From Candidatus Kuenenia stuttgartensis (lineage in GTDB: Bacteria > Planctomycetota > Brocadiia > Brocadiales > Brocadiaceae), in assembly GCF_900232105.1 (NCBI RefSeq), contig NZ_LT934425.1:2070001-2102000 (forward strand): a DNA stretch of 32,000 nucleotides, given 5' to 3'. Below are positions 8,639 to 16,935 of the stretch, piece after piece. The number at the start of each line of letters is the position of its first letter. The stretch's first letter is position 1. A program made the translations under genes and the position numbers. Under the pieces are notes generated by a model. It was not told the origin of the DNA. It saw only the letters and a program-made list of their open reading frames with translations, and did not search any database.

Positions 8639-9085
8639 ATGCATACTTTATCAAATATCAGGCCTGTTGAAATTCTGCTGGTGGAAGATAATCCGGGCGA
8701 TGTTCGCCTTACGCAGGAAGCCCTCGAAGAAAGCAAGTTGTACAATAATCTCACGGTAGTTACCGACGGTGTTGAGGCGATGAGATGCCTCCGCAAGGAA
8801 GGTAAATACGCTGATGCAACAAGGCCCGATATCATCCTGCTGGATTTGAATTTGCCAAAAAAGGATGGCCGCGAGGTGCTTGCAGAAATTAAAACTGATG
8901 AAAAACTGAAATTAATTCCTATTGTAATCCTGACCACATCAAGCAACGAGGAAGATATACTTAAGTCGTATGGCCTCCATGCGAACTGTTACGTAACCAA
9001 ACCTGTTGATTTTGATGAATTCATAAAGATTGTGCAGGCTGTCCATAATTTTTGGTTTAGTATTGTGAAACTCCCCGCAGAATAA
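8639..9085 (+). CDS. Single-domain response regulator, Rcp1-like
   Basis: Motifs are [33 protein letters not shown] and [11 protein letters not shown]. The tail [13 protein letters not shown] is typical of phytochrome-associated receivers. Confidence 0.9.
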   Translation: MHTLSNIRPVEILLVEDNPGDVRLTQEALEESKLYNNLTVVTDGVEAMRCLRKEGKYADATRPDIILLDLNLPKKDGREVLAEIKTDEKLKLIPIVILTTSSNEEDILKSYGLHANCYVTKPVDFDEFIKIVQAVHNFWFSIVKLPAE

Positions 9086-9101
9086 AAGAGATGCTATTGT
9101 T

Positions 9102-11675
9102 ATGAAAAATGAAATAAAGGTGCTTTTGGTAGAAGACAACCCTGGCGACGTATACCTGGTTAGGGAAATGCTGGATGATATACAAAGCGTATCCTTCAGC
9201 CTTGAGTGCGCCTACCGCCTTTCTTCCGCATTGCAGAAACTGGAAAATGATTTTATAGACGTTATTCTCCTGGACCTTTCACTGCCTGACAGCCAGGGAT
9301 TAAAAACATTCTGTTCAATACAAGCACATGCTTCAAGAACGCCAATTGTTGTGTTAAGCGGACTTGGCGATGAAGAGGTCGCAGTTGAAGCATTGAAGAA
9401 GGGTGCGCAGGACTACCTGATTAAAGGGAAAATAGACGGAGATTCACTTGCCCGCACCATGCGCTATTCCATGGAACGTAAGCAGATCGAACTGGAACTG
9501 CAGGACGGAAAACAGCGCTATAAACGACTTGTGGAAATACTGCCCGATATTATCTATAGAATTGACGCAAACGGCTATTTTACCTTCATAAATGAAGCCG
9601 TGCAGGTCTTTGGCTATGAGCCTGACGAACTCATCGGCAAACATTTTAGTGAACTGATACACCCTGATGACTTGAAAAAAGTAAGTCGCTCCGAAGTGCT
9701 GTCAGAATATTCAGGAAAGACAAGCGACTACAAAACCACGCCTAAATTGTTTGACGAACGAAGAACCGGACAAAGAAAAACCACAGGTTTGCAGATACGG
9801 GTAAAATCAAAGAAATCCCCGGAGTACATGGAATACACCATTCAGATTATAAAATGGCCCAAAAAGCATGAAAAGATCATTGAGGTTGCCGCTACAGGAC
9901 ATTACGACTCCGATATTATGAAGAACGATAAGCGATTCGTCGGAACCGTCGGCGTAATAAGAGATATTACCGGGAGTAAACACGCGGAGGAAATGATCTG
10001 TACGTTGTCCCTTGCCGTTGAACAAAGCCCGGCAATGATTGCCGTCACCGATACGGATGGCCGCATTGACTATATTAACCCGAAGTTCTGCAAAGTGACC
10101 GGCTTTGAACCGGAAGAAGTTCTGGGAAAAAATCTGATAGACATCATACAGCCCGGCGGTGAATCTTTATCCATGGCGGATAAAACGTTGTGGAAAGCAA
10201 TCACCTCGAAAGGAGAATGGAAGGAAGCATTTTCCAGCAGGAAAAAACACGGAGAACTCTTTTGGACATCACTGTCTCTTTCCGCTATCAAAAGCAATGA
10301 AGGATTTATTTCCCATTATCTCGCAATTATGGAAGATATCACAGAGCATAAACAGGCGGAAGAAAGAATCCATTATCTGGCGTACTACGATTCACTGACT
10401 GCTTTGCCAAACAGGGAATTATTTCACGACCGTCTTAATATGGCAATAATACACGCTCATCGCAAACAACAAATGCTGGCAGTGGCATTCATTGATATCG
10501 ACAGATTCAAAAAAGTCAACGATACACTGGGGCATAGCACAGGAGACCGCCTCCTGAAGATAATCGCAGACAGATTAAAAAGCTGCATACGCGAAGAAGA
10601 TACGGTCAGCCGTCAGGGAGGAGACGAATTTGTGCTATTATTGACGGAAATTTCCAGGATGGAAGATGCAAATGACGTCACACAGAGAATTTTAAAGAAA
10701 TTAAAAGAGCCGGTAATCATAGACGACCATGATCTCTGCATTAGCGCCAGTATTGGAATCGCCCTGTATCCGGGTGACGGCACAACAGCGGAAGCATTGC
10801 TGAAAAATGCCGATTCCGCCATGTACATTTCAAAGGAAAGCGGCAGGGACAACTATCATTTTTACTCCTCAACTGTGCAGGAAAAAGCCTACGAGCAGCT
10901 CCTCGAAGAAATGTACCTGCGCCGTGCCCTGGAGAACAGGGAGCTGGTTTTATACTATCAGCCGCAGGTGAATATTGCTACAGGGCGATTGGTTGGCATG
11001 GAAGCCCTTTTGCGTTGGAAACATCCTAAAAAAGGATTGATTTCCCCCGCAGAATTTATACCATTGGCGGAAGACACCGGGCAAATCGTGCCTATCGATT
11101 TCTGGGTGTTGCACACGGCCTGCAAACAGAACATGGCATGGCAAAGAGCCGGCCTCCCTTCCGTACCCATAGCGGTAAACATTTCAGGACATACTTTTGG
11201 ACGCGAAAACCTGATAGATTTTGTGAATAACGTCTTACATGATACCCGTATGTCTCCCGATGCCCTTGATCTTGAGATCACGGAAGGTATTGCCATCCAA
11301 AACCTGCAAACCACCATTTACAAACTGAATAAATTGAAAAGCCTCGGGATTCAGATCACTATTGATGATTTTGGTACGGGCTTTTCCTCTTTAAGCTATC
11401 TCAGTAAATTCCCTATACAAAAACTCAAAATTGGCATGACATTTATTCATAACCTACATAAAGACCCGACTAATTCAGCGATTGTAAAAGCAGTTATCGC
11501 CATGGCAAAAAGTCTTCAACTTACGGTAATTGCTGAGGGCGTAGAGACAGATGAACAATTTGAATTTCTCCAGGGGCTGCAATGCGATGAATTCCAGGGC
11601 TATCTTTGCAGTAAAGCAGTGACGTCAGAAGAAATGGGAAGGTTTCTGGCAAAAAATGCCGGGAAGTTACTTTAA
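9102..11675 (+). CDS. Response regulator with REC-PAS-PAS-GGDEF-EAL (diguanylate cyclase/phosphodiesterase)
   Basis: The REC domain shows [22 protein letters not shown] and YLIKG. REEDTVSRQGGDEF gives an intact GGDEF with an RxxD I-site 5 residues upstream. EAL-domain motifs are EALLRW, LEITEG, DDFGTGFSSLSYL, AEGVET and FQGY. Confidence 0.92.
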   Translation: MKNEIKVLLVEDNPGDVYLVREMLDDIQSVSFSLECAYRLSSALQKLENDFIDVILLDLSLPDSQGLKTFCSIQAHASRTPIVVLSGLGDEEVAVEALKKGAQDYLIKGKIDGDSLARTMRYSMERKQIELELQDGKQRYKRLVEILPDIIYRIDANGYFTFINEAVQVFGYEPDELIGKHFSELIHPDDLKKVSRSEVLSEYSGKTSDYKTTPKLFDERRTGQRKTTGLQIRVKSKKSPEYMEYTIQIIKWPKKHEKIIEVAATGHYDSDIMKNDKRFVGTVGVIRDITGSKHAEEMICTLSLAVEQSPAMIAVTDTDGRIDYINPKFCKVTGFEPEEVLGKNLIDIIQPGGESLSMADKTLWKAITSKGEWKEAFSSRKKHGELFWTSLSLSAIKSNEGFISHYLAIMEDITEHKQAEERIHYLAYYDSLTALPNRELFHDRLNMAIIHAHRKQQMLAVAFIDIDRFKKVNDTLGHSTGDRLLKIIADRLKSCIREEDTVSRQGGDEFVLLLTEISRMEDANDVTQRILKKLKEPVIIDDHDLCISASIGIALYPGDGTTAEALLKNADSAMYISKESGRDNYHFYSSTVQEKAYEQLLEEMYLRRALENRELVLYYQPQVNIATGRLVGMEALLRWKHPKKGLISPAEFIPLAEDTGQIVPIDFWVLHTACKQNMAWQRAGLPSVPIAVNISGHTFGRENLIDFVNNVLHDTRMSPDALDLEITEGIAIQNLQTTIYKLNKLKSLGIQITIDDFGTGFSSLSYLSKFPIQKLKIGMTFIHNLHKDPTNSAIVKAVIAMAKSLQLTVIAEGVETDEQFEFLQGLQCDEFQGYLCSKAVTSEEMGRFLAKNAGKLL

Positions 11676-11684
11676 ATTTATGTT

Positions 11685-11730
11685 TAGGAATTTCAATATT
11701 TTTATAGAGACGCATTGCAAGCGTCTCCCC
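11685..11730 (+). repeat. Hairpin repeat R2 copy 2
   Basis: TAGGAATTTCAATATTTTTATAGAGACGCATTGCAAGCGTCTCCCC. The hairpin is GAGACGC/GCGTCTC. It begins 10 nt after the stop of the GGDEF-EAL gene. Confidence 0.75.
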
Positions 11731-11798
11731 GTTTACTATACCGGCCGCATTCCCGATTTTTTGTGCAACTATTAAGCGTAAACATTACACGACTCCAG

Positions 11799-11827
11799 GC
11801 GGGTTCAGGTTACAAATCTGAACCCGC
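11799..11827. other. Perfect 10-bp stem hairpin (GCGGGTTCAG-GTTACAAAT-CTGAACCCGC)
   Basis: The inverted repeat was read directly from the sequence. It lies in the 700-bp non-coding gap. Confidence 0.7.
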
Positions 11828-11974
11828 GAATGTAGTTTCCATTGCCATTACGTTCCCAAACAGATACTTCACTATGTTCAGGACAAGATTTGAGAACGAG
11901 TTGTGCTTCGGTAGTTTAATAGATTACGCTGAATAGTTCTTTTTTGTAACCGTTCAGAGGGGTCAGGACGACAC

Positions 11975-12007
11975 AACCCTGACAGGGTTCAGAACCATGT
12001 CAGGGTT
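11975..12007. repeat. 33-nt near-perfect palindrome built from AACCCTG-N-CAGGGTT units
   Basis: AACCCTGACAGGGTTCAGAACCATGTCAGGGTT equals its own reverse complement except for one mismatched pair and the centre. A related unit, AACCCTGTAAGGGTT, is at 12108-12122. Confidence 0.75.
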
Positions 12008-12031
12008 AACACTACGGCAACGTTTCATTAA

Positions 12032-12098
12032 AACATGGCAAAAGTTACAAAAAATCAGGAATACCCCCCATTTTTCTTGGTATTGTGTTTGCCATGTT
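12032..12098. other. Nested hairpin (AACATGGCAAA ... TTTGCCATGTT, with inner AATACC/GGTATT)
   Basis: An 11-bp perfect inverted repeat encloses a 6-bp inner stem. Confidence 0.6.
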
Positions 12099-12107
12099 CT
12101 ACTTTGG

Positions 12108-12122
12108 AACCCTGTAAGGGTT
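12108..12122. repeat. Palindromic unit AACCCTGTAAGGGTT
   Basis: It belongs to the same unit family as 11975-11989 and 11993-12007. Confidence 0.6.
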
Positions 12123-12372
12123 GTTTCGTACGGAGCCGATTTTGCGCCAGAGTTTCTATATCAACAGTTATGCCTTAACTACGCGCTTAAGCCGACGCCA
12201 AAAACTTAAAGCGGCTCTGGTAAGCGGAAAAACAATAGCGTAAAATGTAACTTCTCAATAAGTTGAGGTTTTTATAATAATTTCTACAGTCTACAGTAGG
12301 CAATCCACAATTTGCCGACTGTACGTATTCCCAAAAAATTGATACCGTGTTATTATAAAATAAGGGCATCTT

Positions 12373-13413
12373 ATGAGAGTGGCAGTATATGAAAAATTTG
12401 CTCAACCATTGACTATTCAAGAGGTGCCTGATCCAGCGCCTGAGAAAACCGGCGTGGTGATTCGCGTGGGAGCTACCGGAATGTGCCGGAGTGACTGGCA
12501 TGGATGGATGGGACACGATCCCTGCATTCGTTTGCCACATGTTCCCGGACACGAAATTGCAGGTGTTGTTGAAGAAACCGGGAAGGAAGTGTCACTGTGG
12601 AAGAAGGGAGACAGGGTGACCCTTCCGTTTGTGTGCGGATGCGGTGCATGCCCGCAATGCGCTTCTGGGAATCATCAGGTTTGTGACCGTCAGTCTCAGC
12701 CGGGATTCACCCATTGGGGTTCTTTTGCGCAGTACGTGGCAATCGATTATGCAGATGTTAATTTAGTACAGTTACCGGAAGATATTGATTTCGTAACCGC
12801 GGCGAGCCTCGGATGCCGCTTCAGCACTTCGTTTCGCGCAATTGTTGCACAGGGGAAGGTTTCAGCCGGGCAGTGGGTTGCTGTGCATGGATGCGGAGGC
12901 GTTGGTTTGTCGGCAATTATGATTGCAAGCGCCCTGGGGGCGAATGTTGTGGCGGTTGATATACAAAAAGAGAAACTTGATTTTGCCGGATCGGTTGGAG
13001 CTGTTGCGTTGGTGAATGCCGGGGAGGTGGAGGATGTGGCAGGAGCTATATTGGACATAACAAAAGGCGGGGTGCATGTTTCTGTCGATGCGCTTGGAAG
13101 TTCAAATACATGCTTTAATTCAATAGCTACTTTAAGAAAACGGGGGAAACATCTCCAGGTCGGACTGATGCTGGCGGAACACCGGCATCCCCCTATACCC
13201 ATGGACAAGGTGATCGCAAATGAACTCGAAATACTGGGATGTCATGGAATGCAGGCGCATGAATACGGCGCTATGTTGGAGATGGTTTGCGAAGGGAAAT
13301 TACGTCCGGAAAAATTGATTGGAAAAACAATCGGCCTTGAGGATGCGGCGCGTGAACTTCCAGACATGAACCGCTTCGGGTCTGTTGGTGTGATAGTAAT
13401 AAATGAGTTTTAA
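12373..13413 (+). CDS. Zinc-dependent alcohol dehydrogenase (MDR family)
   Basis: Motifs are [20 protein letters not shown], the structural-Zn cysteines [17 protein letters not shown], and the Rossmann motif VHGCGGVG. Confidence 0.88.
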   Translation: MRVAVYEKFAQPLTIQEVPDPAPEKTGVVIRVGATGMCRSDWHGWMGHDPCIRLPHVPGHEIAGVVEETGKEVSLWKKGDRVTLPFVCGCGACPQCASGNHQVCDRQSQPGFTHWGSFAQYVAIDYADVNLVQLPEDIDFVTAASLGCRFSTSFRAIVAQGKVSAGQWVAVHGCGGVGLSAIMIASALGANVVAVDIQKEKLDFAGSVGAVALVNAGEVEDVAGAILDITKGGVHVSVDALGSSNTCFNSIATLRKRGKHLQVGLMLAEHRHPPIPMDKVIANELEILGCHGMQAHEYGAMLEMVCEGKLRPEKLIGKTIGLEDAARELPDMNRFGSVGVIVINEF

Positions 13414-13431
13414 AGGTAAGTGTAATACTAT

Positions 13432-13845
13432 ATGGTAAAAATATCCAATAAGGTAACCATTCCGATAGACGAAATATCGATGCACCCAATTCGTGCGCAG
13501 GGTGCGGGAGGGCAGCATGTCAACAAGGTTGCCACTGCTGTTCAGTTGCGCTTCGATATCAATGCGTCGTCGTTGCCTGATTTTTATAAAGAAAGGCTTT
13601 TATCGCTGAGTGACCGCCGTATTTCAGGAGAAGGGGTGATCGTTATCAAGGCGCAGAAATATCGCAGCCAGGACAAAAATAAAGAGGATGCGCTCAACCG
13701 GCTGCGGGATTTTATAAAAAGTGCGGTTATTGTGCAAAAAAAACGGAAGCCCACGAAACCTAAAAAAGCTGCAAAGGAAAAGCGTTTGGAAAGTAAGACG
13801 AATCGTGGACGATTGAAGATATCGAGAAAACCAGTGGAGTATTAA
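13432..13845 (+). CDS. arfB: Alternative ribosome-rescue factor ArfB (YaeJ), peptidyl-tRNA hydrolase
   Basis: RAQGAGGQHVNKVATAVQLRFDI carries the GGQ motif. VIVIKAQKYRSQDKN and a basic K/R-rich C-terminal tail also fit. The length of 137 aa matches the family. Confidence 0.92.
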   Translation: MVKISNKVTIPIDEISMHPIRAQGAGGQHVNKVATAVQLRFDINASSLPDFYKERLLSLSDRRISGEGVIVIKAQKYRSQDKNKEDALNRLRDFIKSAVIVQKKRKPTKPKKAAKEKRLESKTNRGRLKISRKPVEY

Positions 13846-13890
13846 AATGCATTTGCCTGTGGGGCTGATTTTTTGCAGTTTGCGTTTTTA

Positions 13891-14589
13891 TCAGTACTGA
13901 ACGAAGTAGGCATCTTTAAAGGTACTCCCTTTATAGTTGATGCCTCTGATCTTTTCCCTAAGTTTTTTTGCCTCATCCGTAGAAACATCGGCAAAATCAC
14001 CAACGTCCACCGACAATAGCTTGCCGTATTGATATATCCTTGCTTTATGGATGCCATTGCTTTGCAGATATGCTATCAGTTCTTCCGCGCCTTTTTTATT
14101 CTTTTCTATGTTCTGCAGGGTAACTATCCGGAGACTCCACATGTTATTTTGGGGTGCGGCGTCTGTTAGAATGGAAGTCTCTTCTGTTTGGGGTGACTGG
14201 CTATCCTGCGCTTGTTGTAGTTGCGCTGAAGACATGTTTGCTTCTTCAGATACCGGCTTCATTTTGCGGAATTCTTCCGATAAGGTGTTGATAGTTTGCA
14301 ATATGCCTTGATTTATACTGCCCATTTTGCCGACTGATTTGGCGAGTTCCGCAATGTCTTTGTTGTGTTTTTGGGTTGCATGGTCAACCATGTCTTCCAT
14401 CACGCTTATTTTGGCGTCATAACCGGCAAAGCGACGGCTATTGTCTCTGCTGGTTTTGCCCGTGAAAAAAAGCATAAATAAAAAAGCAACTATTGCCTGA
14501 GATGCGAGTATGGCCGCCACTTTTATTGCAATTCGTTTAAGGCGGTTTCCCTCTTCGTTGATTCCTCGTATTTTGTTAATAAAATGCAT
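13891..14589 (-). CDS. Bitopic membrane protein with C-terminal SPOR-like domain (FtsN/DedD-like architecture)
   Basis: A short N-terminus is followed by one TM helix (IAIKVAAILASQAIVAFLFMLFF), a coiled/Q-rich linker, and a C-terminal ~75 aa (WSLRIVTLQNIEKNKKGAEELIAYLQSNGIHKARIY...VDVGDF...EAKKL) with a SPOR-like pattern. Confidence 0.55.
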   Translation of the reverse strand: MHFINKIRGINEEGNRLKRIAIKVAAILASQAIVAFLFMLFFTGKTSRDNSRRFAGYDAKISVMEDMVDHATQKHNKDIAELAKSVGKMGSINQGILQTINTLSEEFRKMKPVSEEANMSSAQLQQAQDSQSPQTEETSILTDAAPQNNMWSLRIVTLQNIEKNKKGAEELIAYLQSNGIHKARIYQYGKLLSVDVGDFADVSTDEAKKLREKIRGINYKGSTFKDAYFVQY

Positions 14590-14635
14590 ATCGGATACCG
14601 GGGTTATTTTATGGTTTCTGTTGATAAACGGTAAT

Positions 14636-14680
14636 AGTTTTGTATTTTGAAAATTCTAAGTAAAGTGAAACGTAACCCGG
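14636..14680 (+). repeat. Degenerate partial copy of the R1 core plus an R3-like segment
   Basis: GTTTTGTATTTTGAAAATTCT resembles the R1 core GATTTTGTATTTTGGAATTTGT. The following TAAAGTGAAACGTAAC resembles R3 TAAAGTGTTACG. Confidence 0.4.
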
Positions 14681-14892
14681 CAGGCCATGTTGTTTTCCCC
14701 TGACGGACACCTGATAACCGGACGATACACGTCACTATCCAATTCATTATTGGGAAGTATGGTACTACATGAGAATACGCAAGTCAATGCGTTTTATGTA
14801 TTTGGACAGTGCAACGCAAAAAACTTCTAAAAATCGTATCTGATTGCTAAGGAAACACACAATATTTTGCCAAAACAGGAAGGGGTAAGTGT

Positions 14893-16119
14893 ATGAATAG
14901 ATGCTTTCAAAACGTTATACTTGGTGCAATTTTCGTATCTGTGGCGGGAGGTTCTGTCTGTGTAATGGCGCGGGATGCGGCTACTTACCTGACGAATAAA
15001 ATCAAACCCGCGGTTGTTTCTCTCACGTCTTTCGATAAAGACGGGAATGAGTTTAATCAGGGGGGTGGGTTCATTATAAATGAGCGAGGCGATATTATTA
15101 CCCATAGTAAAGTATTCATGGATGCGCATAGTATTCGGGTTAAAAACTTTCAGGGCAATAGCTATTCCGTAACAAAAATTCTTGCGGAGGATAAAGAAGG
15201 CGGCCTTGTGCAATTGGCAATCGACAATTTTGAAAGCAGGGCGTCTCCTTTGCCGTTGACCATGATCCTGCCCGGTGTAAATGAACAAATCATGGTGATA
15301 AATAATTCATTCGATTCAGGACATTTTGCGGTGACTGGAGTTGTCTCCGGGGTTTCTGAAATTCCGTTGTTCGGAACTATAATAAGGATAAAGGCGTCGT
15401 TTCCGCTTAGTTGCATTGGAAGTCCTGTGGTAAATATGAATGGTGAAGCCGTGGGTATTATGGCCTTCATTTCTACCGGTGGGGAAGGTTACGCTCTTGC
15501 CTGCGAAAGGCTTAAAAGCCTTGTTCCGGTAAAGGAGCAATCATTTTCTGAAAGGAGAGGTTTGGGGGAGATTTCCGAAGAGGCATTTTATGGGGAAGGA
15601 ATTTTCCTTATCGGAAATGAAGAATATGAAAAGGCAATTTCCTTATTGGAAAAGGCAATAACTAAAGACAGGAACTATGCCCATGCATACTTTCAGATTG
15701 GTTACTGTAAAAATAAGCTTGGCAATTATCCCGATGCAATAAAAAACCTGAAACAGGCGGTTCGTTTGAAACCGGAATTTCCGGAAGGGCACTTCCAGCT
15801 TGGCATGGCATATTTTATGCAAAAACAATATAAGGGGGCGGTTGAATCTCTCCTTGATGCGGTGCGCAGCAATGCGCAATTTTTTGAGGCATATTTCATG
15901 CTTGGTTTAGCCTACACGGCTCTTGAGCGGCATCGTGACGCCATTGAGGCATACTGGCAAGCCATTGGTATTAACAAGGATGTTCCGGAAGTACATTTTC
16001 ATCTGGGTATGGCATATTTGCAAACAAAAAATAAGCTAATGGCATATGAGGAATATAAAGTACTTAAAAATATGAACAAGCATCTTGCATCAAAGCTTTT
16101 TAAGATGATTTATCAATGA
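14893..16119 (+). CDS. Secreted trypsin-fold (S1C/HtrA-like) domain fused to TPR repeats, with catalytic residues apparently substituted
   Basis: There is a signal-peptide-like N-terminus. The protease-fold blocks are KPAVVSL, GGGFIINERGDIIT and GSPVVNMNGEAVGI. The C-terminal half holds about 5 TPR repeats (AHAYFQIGYCKNKLGNYPDAIKNLKQAVRLKP, etc.). Confidence 0.75.
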   Translation: MNRCFQNVILGAIFVSVAGGSVCVMARDAATYLTNKIKPAVVSLTSFDKDGNEFNQGGGFIINERGDIITHSKVFMDAHSIRVKNFQGNSYSVTKILAEDKEGGLVQLAIDNFESRASPLPLTMILPGVNEQIMVINNSFDSGHFAVTGVVSGVSEIPLFGTIIRIKASFPLSCIGSPVVNMNGEAVGIMAFISTGGEGYALACERLKSLVPVKEQSFSERRGLGEISEEAFYGEGIFLIGNEEYEKAISLLEKAITKDRNYAHAYFQIGYCKNKLGNYPDAIKNLKQAVRLKPEFPEGHFQLGMAYFMQKQYKGAVESLLDAVRSNAQFFEAYFMLGLAYTALERHRDAIEAYWQAIGINKDVPEVHFHLGMAYLQTKNKLMAYEEYKVLKNMNKHLASKLFKMIYQ

Positions 16120-16193
16120 GGCCGGGCTTCACTTCATACCTTCATACCTGAGGATGCGTTATTTACCCGGATTTAAATGAAAGAAAGCCTGCC

Positions 16194-16679
16194 ATGCGAA
16201 TGCGTAAAATACTCATTGTTCACGAAACCAGGATATTGCGAACATTACTCAAAACATACCTTATCTCCGCGCTTAATGATGTTGTTATCATCGAGGCGCC
16301 TTCCGCAGCAGAAGCTTTGGAAAAATTTAAAGAACAAAAATTCGAGGTAATTATTTGCGGTATGCAATTTAAACAAGCAAACGGCATTGCTCTTTTCAAA
16401 GAGTTAAAAAATGAGGAAATAAACAAAGATACGCCCTTTATTATTGTGACTTCCACAGGTTCGAAAGAAAATGATATTCAGCATTATTTTTTATCTCCCT
16501 TTACACCTATAGAATTAAGGGAAAAAATCAATACGGTTTGCGACCCACGTCAATGGTGTGCGCACGACAGTATAAGTATGCCGGATGCCAAGGCCATAAT
16601 CCACGTTAATAATGACCCCATTGATGCAGGCATAATCAATGCGATAACACCTGCACAAAATCTTACAACGACTTGCTGA
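16194..16679 (+). CDS. Receiver-like protein lacking canonical phospho-acceptor residues (pseudo-receiver)
   Basis: The protein has a REC-like topology (ILIVHETRIL ... VIICGMQFKQANG ... IIVTSTG ... LSPFTP). The DD pair reads HE, the acceptor Asp position reads G, and the conserved Lys reads S. Confidence 0.65.
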   Translation: MRMRKILIVHETRILRTLLKTYLISALNDVVIIEAPSAAEALEKFKEQKFEVIICGMQFKQANGIALFKELKNEEINKDTPFIIVTSTGSKENDIQHYFLSPFTPIELREKINTVCDPRQWCAHDSISMPDAKAIIHVNNDPIDAGIINAITPAQNLTTTC

Positions 16680-16930
16680 ACAGCACCCATCTCACCGTTA
16701 TATTCCCTCCCCGGTTTGATAACATACAAATAAAAATCTTATGGTGTAAGCTCCTCCGGGTAAATGTCTTTCGCTGGGATGAAGTATACTTTCCGAAGTG
16801 TACTCCGGAGCATATGAGGGTTGTTTGGCAGATAATAAAAATATCTGATGAAGATAAAGAAAAATTTGAAGAAATCTGCAGAAAAATCCAAAAAGAGCAT
16901 AAGAGTATAGATGAGATCAAAAAACACTAA
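16673..16930 (+). CDS. Hypothetical 85-aa ORF overlapping the previous stop by 7 nt in another frame (independent small protein or frameshifted 3' part)
   Basis: It fills an otherwise 256-bp gap between convergent genes. The K/E-rich helical tail (KISDEDKEKFEEICRKIQKEHKSIDEIKKH) looks protein-like. It starts at TTG, and the first in-frame ATG is at 16814. Confidence 0.35.
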   Translation: MLNSTHLTVIFPPRFDNIQIKILWCKLLRVNVFRWDEVYFPKCTPEHMRVVWQIIKISDEDKEKFEEICRKIQKEHKSIDEIKKH

Positions 16931-16935
16931 AAGAA

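Noticed and set aside
11715-12209. ORFs of 73 and 70 aa inside the hairpin-rich gap
   Set aside because: They have no RBS and odd composition. Their reading frames run straight through the palindromic repeats, so they are probably non-coding.
12299-12312. DnaA-box-like CAATCCACA
   Set aside because: It is a single imperfect box. There is no cluster of boxes and no dnaA/dnaN neighbourhood, so it gives no evidence for an origin.
13858-13885. GGGGCTGATTTT resembling the 5' end of tmRNA
   Set aside because: No tRNA-like 3' end, tag reading frame or pseudoknot region follows. The string overlaps the 3' end region of two convergent genes.
14690-14740. TPP-riboswitch-like string ACCTGATAACCGGACGATAC
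   Set aside because: Only the ACCUGAU block resembles the thi-box. The GGGGUGC, CUGAGA and GCG-AGGGA elements are absent, and neither flanking gene is thiamine-related.
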